Source of the DNA: Rhizobium phage RHph_TM26
Sequence record: MN988465.1
Strand: one strand, 5' to 3'
DNA length: 32,000 nt
The position numbers and the translations under genes are program-made. This document shows positions 16,057 through 25,092 of this stretch, in pieces (the stretch's first letter is position 1; every line of letters begins with the position of its first letter). Below the pieces are notes generated by a model. That model had not been told where the DNA came from. It was given only the letters and a program-made list of their open reading frames with translations, and did no database searches.

Positions 16057-16325
16057 TAAGCCCATGAACGGGCAGGGAAAGAACTGGATCTTAACTTTCT
16101 TAGGTGGAAAGTTATTCGCTAGACCTACGTCGAAAAACTAGCCTCGGTAATAAATATTAAGAAACATAAGAAAGTAGTTATTCGTTTGAGGGGTCAAAGG
16201 GTTATGGAGAACGACTTTACGGGGATAGATCTTCTGAAGGTAAGAAGGGTAAGCCGAAACGGGTCGGATTTGCCTATTTCGCCTGTTTGGGCTAATATGC
16301 GCAGGTCATCGGTGGAGATATCAAT

Positions 16326-16916
16326 ATGGCGGCGAAGAAGAAGGGGGCGGCTCGTGATCCGAAGCGGCGGGCGGCACTTTTGAAGAAGATTGAAGCGGAC
16401 AAGGGCAAGCCCTATACTCCCGGGACGAAGATGTGGGAGTGCCGGTCCAAAATGGGGCCGAAGTATCTGTATCAAGGGGAAGAAGGTTGCGTAGAGCTTT
16501 GGCAGGAACTGCTCAATTATCTTCAGTGGTGCGAGAATAACCCCCTTCAGGAGGGTAAGCTTGTCTCGTATCTCGGCAGGGGCTCGGTCGTGAAAGTCCC
16601 GAAGATGCGAATTGCGACGCTCGGGGGCTTCTGCCTTCATCTCGGTATCAATCCGGCGACCTACGTTGATTGGCGCGCTCGCGAGGACATAGGCAAGATC
16701 ATTCTTGTCATTGACGAGGCTATCAAGCAATACCAATTATCTGGAGCAAGCGCCGATCTCCTCAACGCCAATATCATCAGTCGTCTTCTTGGCCTCGCCG
16801 ACAAGACCGAGCTCACCGGCCCGGGCGGCGGTCCGGTTCAGTCCATCACAGGGAACATGACGGCGAAGGAAGCCGCCGACTTGTATGCGCAGACGCGGGA
16901 TAAGGGCAAGAAGTGA
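16326..16916 (+). CDS. terS: terminase small subunit, P22 gp3-like
   Basis: KMRIATLGGFCLHLGINPATYVDWR...IDEAIKQYQLSGASADLLNANIISRLLGLADKTEL resembles the gp3-like packaging family; immediately upstream of the large subunit. Confidence 0.8.
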   Translation: MAAKKKGAARDPKRRAALLKKIEADKGKPYTPGTKMWECRSKMGPKYLYQGEEGCVELWQELLNYLQWCENNPLQEGKLVSYLGRGSVVKVPKMRIATLGGFCLHLGINPATYVDWRAREDIGKIILVIDEAIKQYQLSGASADLLNANIISRLLGLADKTELTGPGGGPVQSITGNMTAKEAADLYAQTRDKGKK

Positions 16917-17062
16917 TGCGCTGTCAAGCTTGTCTCAAGGACGTTCAAGCGGTTTACCGGATGAACGAGAAGGGCGTGGCAGCGCTCTGGTCTTGCAAGC
17001 CCTGTATTCCCGACTTCTGGGAACGCTATCTTGCTCGCAAGTCGAGGAAGAACAAGAAGTGA
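16916..17062 (+). CDS. small zinc-ribbon-like protein between terS and terL (48 aa)
   Basis: MRCQACLKDVQAVYRMNEKGVAALWSCKPCIPDFWERYLARKSRKNKK; CxxC...CxxC; overlaps both neighbours (TGATG and GTGA). Confidence 0.6.
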   Translation: MRCQACLKDVQAVYRMNEKGVAALWSCKPCIPDFWERYLARKSRKNKK

Positions 17063-18735
17063 ACGCCTACGTCAAACCGCCCCAGGTCTGGCCACCGAAC
17101 TATGTCGAGCTGTTCGCCTGGAGGCAGCGCCAACTTGAGCTGATGCGGAACGATCCGGTAATGCTCAAGGGGGCGCTCGCCTTCTACAAGCAGCCCGAGA
17201 ACTGCACCGCGTTCATTCAGGATTGGATCGATACCTACGACCCCCGGAACGCGGGCCAAGACGGCAAGCTCACCAATATGCCGTTCATCTTGTTCGCTCG
17301 ACAAGAGGAGATGGTTGAATTCTTGCTCGCCTGCCTCCAGGGCGAAACCAACGGCCTAATCGAGAAATGTCGAGACGCCGGGGCGACCTGGGTCTGCGTC
17401 GCCGTAACGATTTGGCTATGGCTGTTCATGGACGGTGCGGCCATCGGTTGGGGATCTCGTAAGGAGCAGCTTGTTGACAAGATCGGCGATCCGGATAGCA
17501 TCTTTGAGAAGATCCGCGCTGTGATCCGTCAGCTGCCCGAGGAATTCCTACCTTTGGGCTTCTCGTACAACGATCACATGTCATACATGAAGATCCTCAA
17601 CCCGGCGACCGGGGCGACGATCACCGGTGAGGCGGGTGACAACATCGGTCGCGGCGGTCGTAAGCTGATCTACTTCAAGGACGAGAGCGCCCACTACGAG
17701 CACCCCGACCTGATCGAAGCCGCCTTGGGCGATAACACCAGGGTTCAGATTGACATCTCCTCGGTGAATGGTATCGGCAACGTCTTCCATCGAAAGCGCA
17801 AGAACGGCGTTGAATGGGAGCCGGGGAACGAGGTTGTCAAGAACAAGTCCAACGTCTTCATCTTCCGTTGGTCGGATCACCCCGAGAAGACGCTTGCTTG
17901 GTACACGAGCCGTCGCGCTGAATGGGAAGAGAACGGGCTGCTTCACAAGTTCGCCCAGGAAGTTGACCGTGACTACTCGGGCTCGGTCGAAGGCGTCATC
18001 ATCAAGGCCGAATGGGTGCGGGCCGCTATCGACGCTCACCTCACCCTCGGCTTCACGGATCAAGGCTCATGGATCGCGGGCCTGGACGTCGCCGATGAGG
18101 GTCTGGACAAGAGTGCGCTAGCCCAGAGGAAGGGCGTGGTTCTGAAGGCGTGCGAGCACTGGGGCCAGGTTGACACAGGCGTCACCGCTCGGCGTGCCCT
18201 ACAGAAGCTCGTGGACCCTCGGTCAACTCAGCTGATGTACGACTGTATTGGCGTTGGAGCAGGTTGTAAGGCTGAGTTTAACCGGCTCGCTGAGTCGGAT
18301 CTTCCCAATGAGAAATTCCTGCTCCCTGATGAGCTGAAGATTGAGCCGTGGAACGCCGCCGATGCGGTCTTGTTCCCTGATGAGAACATCATCAAGGGCG
18401 ACAAGAAGTCCCCGCTCAACAAAGACTATTACATGAACCTGAAGGCGCAAGCTTGGCGGATGCTATCCCTGCGCTTCTATCGGACATGGAGAGCCGTTAA
18501 CGAGGGGGCTGAATTCGATACCGAGGATCTGATCAGCATCGACGGGACGATCAAGGACGTGGAGAAGCTCATTGAGGAATTGTCGCAGGCCACTTCCGGA
18601 TTGAGCACGGGTCGTCTAAAGTGGATGGTCAATAAGAAGCCTGACGGTTCGTCCTCGCCAAATATGGCTGATGCGGTCGTCATGGCTTATTGGCCGGTAA
18701 TGAAGAGCCGCTACACCTTGAGGAACGTTGGATGA
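17059..18735 (+). CDS. terL: terminase large subunit
   Basis: TerL-like ATPase region (CRDAGATWVCVAVTIWLWLF...IGWGSRKEQLVDK, KLIYFKDESAHYEHPDLIEAAL) and nuclease region beginning WIAGLDVADEG. GTG 17059 preferred over 16885. Confidence 0.85.
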   Translation: MNAYVKPPQVWPPNYVELFAWRQRQLELMRNDPVMLKGALAFYKQPENCTAFIQDWIDTYDPRNAGQDGKLTNMPFILFARQEEMVEFLLACLQGETNGLIEKCRDAGATWVCVAVTIWLWLFMDGAAIGWGSRKEQLVDKIGDPDSIFEKIRAVIRQLPEEFLPLGFSYNDHMSYMKILNPATGATITGEAGDNIGRGGRKLIYFKDESAHYEHPDLIEAALGDNTRVQIDISSVNGIGNVFHRKRKNGVEWEPGNEVVKNKSNVFIFRWSDHPEKTLAWYTSRRAEWEENGLLHKFAQEVDRDYSGSVEGVIIKAEWVRAAIDAHLTLGFTDQGSWIAGLDVADEGLDKSALAQRKGVVLKACEHWGQVDTGVTARRALQKLVDPRSTQLMYDCIGVGAGCKAEFNRLAESDLPNEKFLLPDELKIEPWNAADAVLFPDENIIKGDKKSPLNKDYYMNLKAQAWRMLSLRFYRTWRAVNEGAEFDTEDLISIDGTIKDVEKLIEELSQATSGLSTGRLKWMVNKKPDGSSSPNMADAVVMAYWPVMKSRYTLRNVG

Positions 18736-20576
18736 CCGCCAATCTACAGAACGATAGCCTGCGATCCTTGATCACCGGCTTGGGCGATCCCTCCCGAGAC
18801 AAGCAGGCCGTCGGCGCTCTGATGTATATGGATTACGTGCTGGACGATCTCCAGCTCTGGTCGGTCTATCGCAACAGCTGGATCGCGCGCAAGGTCGTCA
18901 ACATTCCGGCCCAGGATGCGGTGCGCAAGTGGAGAGCTTGGCAGGCCGATCAGGAGCAAATCACCCTAATCGAGAAGGAGGAGAAGCGCCTGGGGTTGAA
19001 AGGCAAGCTCCTCCTTTGCAAGACGCTCGCCAGGCTCTGGGGTGGGGCGGCGATCTACATTGGCGACGGCGGACCGGCCAACGAGCCGCTTGATCCGACC
19101 AAGATGGTGAAGGGCGGGCTCAAATATCTGACGGTCATGAGCCGCCGTGAGGTGATCGCCGGGCAGCTCCAGGACGATCCGACGGATCAATATTACAACC
19201 TGCCTCGGGATTATCAGATTGCCAACTCGGTCGCCTTTGTCGATATCCACCCGACACGGCTCATGGTTCAGATCGGGGAGATGGTGCCCGACGTCCGGTT
19301 GCTGGCTCAAAACCAGGGATGGGGTGACAGCTCGCTTCAAGCCGTCTACTCAGCGCTGACGCAGGCTGATTCGGCAACAGCCAATATCGCTTCCTTGCTG
19401 TTCGAAGCGAACGTTGATGTGTTCGGTATCCCGGGGCTCATGGAGATGGTATCGACGGCGAAGGATCGCCAAAAGGTGATCGACCGCATGACGCTGGTCG
19501 CCGCCGGGAAGTCCATCACCCGCTCCCTCATCATGGACGCTGAGGAGGAATACAATCGGCACACGATCAACTTCACCGGCCTCCCGGACGTGATGCAGGC
19601 TTTCCTCACCAACGTTTCGGGTGCGGCGGATATCCCTCTCACCCGCTTCCTCGGTCAATCGCCCGCCGGTCTCAATTCGACCGGCGACGGCGACATGAAG
19701 AACTACCAGGACCATATCACAGCGATCCAGGAGCTGGAGATTGAGCCGCAGATGGCGATCCTGGATGATTGCCTCATCCGCTCTGCTTTGGGCTCCCGGC
19801 CCGATGAGATATTCTACAACTGGAACCCGCTTGAGCAGATGAGCGAGAAGGAGCTAGCCGAGATCGGGAAGCTTCACGCCGATACCGCGCAAGTGGTCGT
19901 CAACACCGGGCTCTTCATGCCCGAGGAGCTGCGCCAGGTCGTCGGCAATCAGTTTGTCGAAAGCGGTCTGTATCCCGGCCTCGGGGATCTGCTCAAGGAG
20001 AACGGCGAGGATCTGCCCGAATTCGATCTTGAGCGCCGGTCAGCCGAGGCAACAGTCAAGACCCTTGAGAACCCGCCCAAACCGGCGGCGAAGGTCGGCG
20101 ACGCAGCGCCCAGGAGCTTGTATGTCAAGCGAAACGTCCTCAACGGCGAGCAGATTGCTCGCTGGTATCGTGATCAAAACGTCCCCGGGGTCTATTCCCC
20201 GGACGAGATGCATGTCACTATCGTCTACAGCAAGAAGCCGGTCGATTGGATGAAGCTCGGCTCCTCCTGGGCCGGTACTCTTGAGCTGCCCGAGGGTGGA
20301 CCGCGTATGATGGAGCTATTCGGCGAACCGGGCGAAGGCATTCTTGTCCTCCTGTTCCAGTCTGCTGAACTTGATTGGCGAGCCGGGGAAGCGCGGACCG
20401 CTGGAGCCGAGTTCACTCACGGCGATTACCAATCTCACATCACCATCAGCCTCCTCGGTAACGAGATTGACTTGGCGAACGTGAAGCCTTACCAAGGTCC
20501 AATCACCCTCGGTCCCGAGATCTTCCAAGAGATTGACGATAGTTCGGACTGGAAAGACAAAGTTCAAACGGAGTAG
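18732..20576 (+). CDS. DUF1073-like portal protein with C-terminal Acb1-like (anti-CBASS) 2H phosphoesterase domain
   Basis: N-terminal portal layout (SWIARKVVNIPAQDAVRKWRAWQ...TRFLGQSPAGLNSTGDGDMKNYQDHI). C-terminal SLYVKRNVLNGEQIARWYRDQ...DEMHVTIVYSKKPVDWMK...YQSHITISLLG carries two HxT motifs. Start at ATG 18732 overlaps the terL stop. Confidence 0.85.
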   Translation: MTANLQNDSLRSLITGLGDPSRDKQAVGALMYMDYVLDDLQLWSVYRNSWIARKVVNIPAQDAVRKWRAWQADQEQITLIEKEEKRLGLKGKLLLCKTLARLWGGAAIYIGDGGPANEPLDPTKMVKGGLKYLTVMSRREVIAGQLQDDPTDQYYNLPRDYQIANSVAFVDIHPTRLMVQIGEMVPDVRLLAQNQGWGDSSLQAVYSALTQADSATANIASLLFEANVDVFGIPGLMEMVSTAKDRQKVIDRMTLVAAGKSITRSLIMDAEEEYNRHTINFTGLPDVMQAFLTNVSGAADIPLTRFLGQSPAGLNSTGDGDMKNYQDHITAIQELEIEPQMAILDDCLIRSALGSRPDEIFYNWNPLEQMSEKELAEIGKLHADTAQVVVNTGLFMPEELRQVVGNQFVESGLYPGLGDLLKENGEDLPEFDLERRSAEATVKTLENPPKPAAKVGDAAPRSLYVKRNVLNGEQIARWYRDQNVPGVYSPDEMHVTIVYSKKPVDWMKLGSSWAGTLELPEGGPRMMELFGEPGEGILVLLFQSAELDWRAGEARTAGAEFTHGDYQSHITISLLGNEIDLANVKPYQGPITLGPEIFQEIDDSSDWKDKVQTE

Positions 20577-20582
20577 ACCAAC

Positions 20583-20837
20583 ATGGCCGTCGTAACAACC
20601 ACAGTCGCCCTCGCCGCCGATACCTGGGTTCAAGTCTCCACCGGTCAAGCCAATGTCTTGGTCCAAAGGACGTCGGGCATCATACGGGTCGCCGTCAAGG
20701 CGACTAGCCCTGCTGGCGCGGTCGGTCACATTCTCGATGACGACTTGTCGGCCATCAGCTTCTCATCCCTCGGCGCTGCAGATCTGGTTTGGGCTCGTTC
20801 GGACAACCAAGATCAAAAGGTCGTCGTGACCGCCTAA
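20583..20837 (+). CDS. hypothetical, possibly virion decoration protein
   Basis: 84-aa ORF in the head module; Thr/Val/Ala-rich. Confidence 0.65.
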   Translation: MAVVTTTVALAADTWVQVSTGQANVLVQRTSGIIRVAVKATSPAGAVGHILDDDLSAISFSSLGAADLVWARSDNQDQKVVVTA

Positions 20838-20852
20838 CAGGGGAACTGCCCG

Positions 20853-22505
20853 ATGACTAAATCGGTATCGTTCGGCGCGGGTGGCTTCAGGCTCGGTAAG
20901 GGCTCCACGCTTAGGCATGGCAGCGCGGGGACGAAGCATCCGGACTGGACGCCCGACGCCAACCGATACATGCCGGCAGCTACGCGCACGCGCTGGCCAA
21001 CCGGCGGCACCACCACGCCTTGGACATACGGTGTCGGCCTGAATTACGAGTGCTCCAAGCTGTTCTTCGGATCGCCGGACTATCCCACCAATGACTTCCT
21101 CATTCCGTTCGTCGGGTTTCAGCTGACCGAGGGCGGTAACGCTCCTCAAGAGACGCAATCCCCGACTTCGGATATGCTAATTGATGAGGCGTTCTTCATC
21201 GACCAAAACGGCGTCGAATACCCCGTTTTGTTCAGCGGGCTTGTTCCCGCTACCGTCACCGCCGCAACCGGGATCGTCTACGGGCAGGTCACGCTGCCCT
21301 CTGCTCTGCCGGCATGGTCGATCTTTGGCGTCCGGACGGTCTATCATGGCGCAGAGGGTGCGCAGCGCTGCGGCTCCTATCGCATCCAGCGCCATCGCGG
21401 CGAAAAGTATTGGGGCGCTAACAGCCTGGCAGCAATTCGCGCCTTGGCGGTCGCCAACGGACCTTCAACCGCTGCGCTCGATCCGGATAGTTTGTACAAT
21501 ACGGTTGGCAACGCCACCAACTCCCAGATCATGTGCTACGGCCCCTGTATGGTGCTCGCTAAGGGGTGGGACGGTCGCCCCGTTCCCCTGGTCCTCGCAG
21601 ACAGTTTGCTAGAGCGGCAGGAAATCGCAGCCTCGGCTGACGCTCGGGGGAACATGGGCGTTGGACGGCGCTGGCTTGATCAACGAGATCCGGACCAGGG
21701 CAGCTTCATTCCGCTTGTCATGGGTGTCCCTGGGTCGAAGTCGGCCCAGGAGCTAGCGACCAACGCGCTCAAGCGCTGGGACATGATCGACGCCATCAAA
21801 ACGACCTTCAACGGCGGCAAAGATATCTGGACTTACGTGCTTGATTGGTCCGGTCGAAACGATACCCATGCAACCGTCGCCGCTACCTGGGCGAGCGCCA
21901 AGACCGCCCTACCGGGCACGAGAGTACGTAATCGATATGGTGCTGGCACTCACATCGTCGGCGTAACCATGTGGCCAACGGTGGGTTCGACCGACAACGG
22001 GCGAACGGTCGCCGGGTTCACTCTCACGGCTCAATGGAGCACGGTTCTCGCCGGGGCTAACGCCATCGTTCTTGCGAGCGCGGTTTACAACAAGGTAATG
22101 GACGTTTTTCCCGCGTTCATGTCCGCTGTTGACCCGACCAAGCCTCCGGGCGCAGAGACCTTCCCTTTGGGCAATATTACCGGGCATCCGGGGAACCAAG
22201 ATGGGGTTACAAATTGGGATACGATGCGCGTTCCGTCGAACGTCCCCCAAGGCGCTCGCGTCATGTTCGAACATCAACCGGGCTTGTTCACGAACCGAAC
22301 CCTAGTTGAAAAGAAGACAGATTATGGCGACGGCACAGCCGACTTCCGGGTTGCCGAGGTGTTAGCGACGAACGTTCAAGACAACGCCGTGCTGATGGGT
22401 CATTCATATACGGCGGCTGACTTCATCCATCCCGCGCTCCACCATATCCTTTGGACAGTCGGACGTATTCCACAATCTGAGAAGTTGAAAGCTTACCCGG
22501 CATGA
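20853..22505 (+). CDS. virion-module protein with SGNH-hydrolase-like features
   Basis: PLVLADSLLER (block I-like, Gly replaced by Ala) and C-terminal AADFIHPALHHI (block V DxxH-like); 550 aa, located between portal and head morphogenesis genes. Confidence 0.6.
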   Translation: MTKSVSFGAGGFRLGKGSTLRHGSAGTKHPDWTPDANRYMPAATRTRWPTGGTTTPWTYGVGLNYECSKLFFGSPDYPTNDFLIPFVGFQLTEGGNAPQETQSPTSDMLIDEAFFIDQNGVEYPVLFSGLVPATVTAATGIVYGQVTLPSALPAWSIFGVRTVYHGAEGAQRCGSYRIQRHRGEKYWGANSLAAIRALAVANGPSTAALDPDSLYNTVGNATNSQIMCYGPCMVLAKGWDGRPVPLVLADSLLERQEIAASADARGNMGVGRRWLDQRDPDQGSFIPLVMGVPGSKSAQELATNALKRWDMIDAIKTTFNGGKDIWTYVLDWSGRNDTHATVAATWASAKTALPGTRVRNRYGAGTHIVGVTMWPTVGSTDNGRTVAGFTLTAQWSTVLAGANAIVLASAVYNKVMDVFPAFMSAVDPTKPPGAETFPLGNITGHPGNQDGVTNWDTMRVPSNVPQGARVMFEHQPGLFTNRTLVEKKTDYGDGTADFRVAEVLATNVQDNAVLMGHSYTAADFIHPALHHILWTVGRIPQSEKLKAYPA

Positions 22506-23320
22506 AATACTCCCTTGCCCAGATCGTCCTTGCTAAGACCCCGAGCCGTGCGGGGTCTACCGCGCTGTTCCCGATCATTACCGAGGATGCGCGCACCTAT
22601 GCGTCCTATATCAAGGCGATCCGGGCGCTGGAGTATGAGATGGCCCGTCTCATTCGGGACGTCCTCCTGCCAAGCTACGCCCCAGCGAAGGCCGTTCTCA
22701 ATCAGGACGGGCTCCTAACTGACGCGGATGAGAGCACCTTTGAGCAGATCCGGGCGGCGATGAGGGCTCTTGCCAACGCTGTCTCGGGTCAGATCCGAGA
22801 TATTCTTGCGCTGGCCTCGCAGTCTCACACTCGCCAATGGATGGATGCTGCCAAGCGAGCCTTTGGGGTCGATCTCTCGGCGGTCGTCCGCGCCGAGGAT
22901 CTTGAGACCTACCTTGACGCGGCGGCTCTGCGCAACGCGGGGTTGATCAAGGGCTTCAGCGACGATCTCGTGAGGACCGTCCAGCAGCACACGACCACGG
23001 CGCTGATCCAGGGCCAATCGGCGAAGGAGCTACAAGCAACGCTCAAGGAACGGTTGAACGTCAGCGATAGCCGCGCCCGTCTGATCGCCCGGGATCAGAC
23101 CGCCAAGCTGACGTCGGATCTCAACCGACGTCGGCACGAGGATGCTGGGATTGAAGAATACGATTGGAGAACGTCTCATGACGAGCGCGTCCGGTCGCTC
23201 CATCGCAAGCTAGACGGTTTGCGCTACAAGTACGGTCAACCGACCGGCGCTGAAGGCGGATTGCCTCCTGGGCAACCGATCCAGTGCCGTTGCGTCGCAC
23301 AAGGAGTGGTGGTGTTTTGA
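22502..23320 (+). CDS. head morphogenesis protein, SPP1 gp7 / Mu F-like
   Basis: SARELQ-type region (SAKELQATLKERLNVSDSRARLIARDQTAKLTSDLNRRR) and C-terminal EYDWRTSHDERVRSLHRKLDG...PPGQPIQCRC. Confidence 0.9.
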   Translation: MKYSLAQIVLAKTPSRAGSTALFPIITEDARTYASYIKAIRALEYEMARLIRDVLLPSYAPAKAVLNQDGLLTDADESTFEQIRAAMRALANAVSGQIRDILALASQSHTRQWMDAAKRAFGVDLSAVVRAEDLETYLDAAALRNAGLIKGFSDDLVRTVQQHTTTALIQGQSAKELQATLKERLNVSDSRARLIARDQTAKLTSDLNRRRHEDAGIEEYDWRTSHDERVRSLHRKLDGLRYKYGQPTGAEGGLPPGQPIQCRCVAQGVVVF

Positions 23321-23484
23321 GCTGTGGTGGATGTCAAAAACGCAGAAGCGCAATAGTTGGCGCGGTGAAGAAGCCTTCAACAGCCTTGACGGCGGCCAAG
23401 TTTGTCGCTAAAACTTCTGGTCACGATATCAAGGCCGGTGTAAACCGGCTCGCTCAATACCTGCAAAGACGGGGCTTACGTTGA
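23317..23484 (+). CDS. small CGGC-containing protein, probable TTG start
   Basis: (M)SCGGCQKRRSAIVGAVKKPSTALTAAKFVAKTSGHDIKAGVNRLAQYLQRRGLR; SD AAGGAG at 23301-23306; overlaps both neighbours. Confidence 0.55.
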   Translation: MSCGGCQKRRSAIVGAVKKPSTALTAAKFVAKTSGHDIKAGVNRLAQYLQRRGLR

Positions 23485-24629
23485 TCGTTCAATTCGCCGA
23501 TACGGTGACCATCGAAGGCACCCGGGTTCGCCAGGACGGCTATCTGGTTGCTGACGCTCGGATCGCCCGCACCGGCATCCAGCGTTACCTCGGCGTTGAA
23601 GTCGGCAAGCCCGATCTCGCCTTTGTTGACGTCTATCGGCCCGAGGGTGAAGTGTTCAGCGCCGATGCCATGGCGTCCTTCGCTCATATCCCGGTGACAG
23701 ACGATCACCCAAAACAAGCGGTGACGGCGGATACCTGGAAAAAGCTCGCCGTGGGTCAGACCGACGGCGAGATCAAACGAGACGGGGATTTCTTGCGCGT
23801 CCCCCTTATGGTCGCCGATGCTGCGACCATCGACAAGATCAACTCAGGCAAGCGTGAGTTGAGCGCGGGTTATACCTGCGACATGGTATTTCAGGACGGG
23901 GTCACCCCCCAGGGCGTCGCATACGGCGCAATTCAAACCAATATCCGAGCCAACCACGTCGCGGTCGTTGATCGCGGGCGGGCCGGGACGCAGTGCCGCA
24001 TCGGTGATTCCGAGGCACCAATCTGGGGCACCACCCCAATCATCGACGCGAGAAAGGATCAACCAATGCCGCGTATTATCATGGTGGATGGGTTGTCCGT
24101 GGAGACCACGGATGCTGGCGCCCAGGCCATTGAAAAACTTATCGGGGATCGCAAGACCCTGACCGACCAGCTCACCGCCGCGACCAGCGCCCATACGCTC
24201 GCCGTTGCCGATCTCAACAAGCAGCTCGCTGCCAAGGATGCCGCCCTGGACGACGCCAAGGCGAAGGTCTTGGACGCCGCCGCGATCTCCAAGCTGGTCG
24301 CCGACCGCGTTGCCCTGGAGGCAGTCGCCGTCAAGATCTTCAAGGACGTCAAGCCGGTCGGCCTGACCGATGCTGAACTGAAGGTCGCCGTCGTCAAGGG
24401 CGTGCTCGGGGACAAGGTGCCGGCTGACAAGCTGACCAATCAGTCCTACGTGGACGCTCGCTTCGACATTCTCGCCGAGGATGCCGGCAAGGTTGTCGAT
24501 ACGTTCCGTGATGCCCGCATGAAGGCTCCCGGTGCGGTCGATATGTCGGATGCCGCTGCTGCACGTCAGCGGGCCTTCGATGAGCTCACCCATTTTGACC
24601 AGACCGGTCAGGAAATGAAGGCCAACTAA
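23481..24629 (+). CDS. DUF2213-like protein; putative prohead protease/scaffold
   Basis: VDVYRPEGEVFSADAMASFAHIPVTDDHPKQAVTADTWKKLAVGQTDG...LSAGYTCD, followed by a long Ala/Lys/Asp-rich helical region typical of scaffolds. TTG start. Confidence 0.75.
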   Translation: MIVQFADTVTIEGTRVRQDGYLVADARIARTGIQRYLGVEVGKPDLAFVDVYRPEGEVFSADAMASFAHIPVTDDHPKQAVTADTWKKLAVGQTDGEIKRDGDFLRVPLMVADAATIDKINSGKRELSAGYTCDMVFQDGVTPQGVAYGAIQTNIRANHVAVVDRGRAGTQCRIGDSEAPIWGTTPIIDARKDQPMPRIIMVDGLSVETTDAGAQAIEKLIGDRKTLTDQLTAATSAHTLAVADLNKQLAAKDAALDDAKAKVLDAAAISKLVADRVALEAVAVKIFKDVKPVGLTDAELKVAVVKGVLGDKVPADKLTNQSYVDARFDILAEDAGKVVDTFRDARMKAPGAVDMSDAAAARQRAFDELTHFDQTGQEMKAN

Positions 24630-24630
24630 G

Positions 24631-25080
24631 ATGCCGTACACGGAAAACTACAACACCGACTACGCGGTTGCTCTTGAGGGCATGGTCGCCGATACCAGCC
24701 CCGCCCTCATCGTCTCGCGCACCGTGGAAACCAACGATCTCGCTTTCGGCGAAGCGGTCAAGATGGGCTCCAAGGAGCACTGCGTCAACGGCGACACCAC
24801 CGGTGCCGCTGAAATCTACGGCATCTCGGTTCGCTCGCAGGCGACCAAAGCCGAGAAGCCGAACGTTTACCCGGTCGGCGACACCGCAGCAATCCTGCTT
24901 CGGGGCGCTATCTGGGTGAAGGTCGGCGAGCCGGTCGCCGTTGACGGCATCGTCACAGTCACGGTCGCCACTGGCGCCTACGGCGACCAGGCGGTTGCCG
25001 CCGGCATCGTCCAGATCGCCAACGCCAAATGGGAAACTGCCGCAACCACGGGCGGTCTGGCCCGTCTGCGCATCAAGTAA
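24631..25080 (+). CDS. head decoration/structural cement-like protein
   Basis: Small ORF directly upstream of the major capsid gene; MPYTENYNTDYAVALEGMVADTSPALIVSRTVE... Confidence 0.7.
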   Translation: MPYTENYNTDYAVALEGMVADTSPALIVSRTVETNDLAFGEAVKMGSKEHCVNGDTTGAAEIYGISVRSQATKAEKPNVYPVGDTAAILLRGAIWVKVGEPVAVDGIVTVTVATGAYGDQAVAAGIVQIANAKWETAATTGGLARLRIK

Positions 25081-25092
25081 GGAGCAGACGAA

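Noticed and set aside
16186-16383. 65-aa ORF running into terS
   Set aside because: Weak start context and overlaps the confident terS N-terminus out of frame. Kept as part of the regulatory region, not called.
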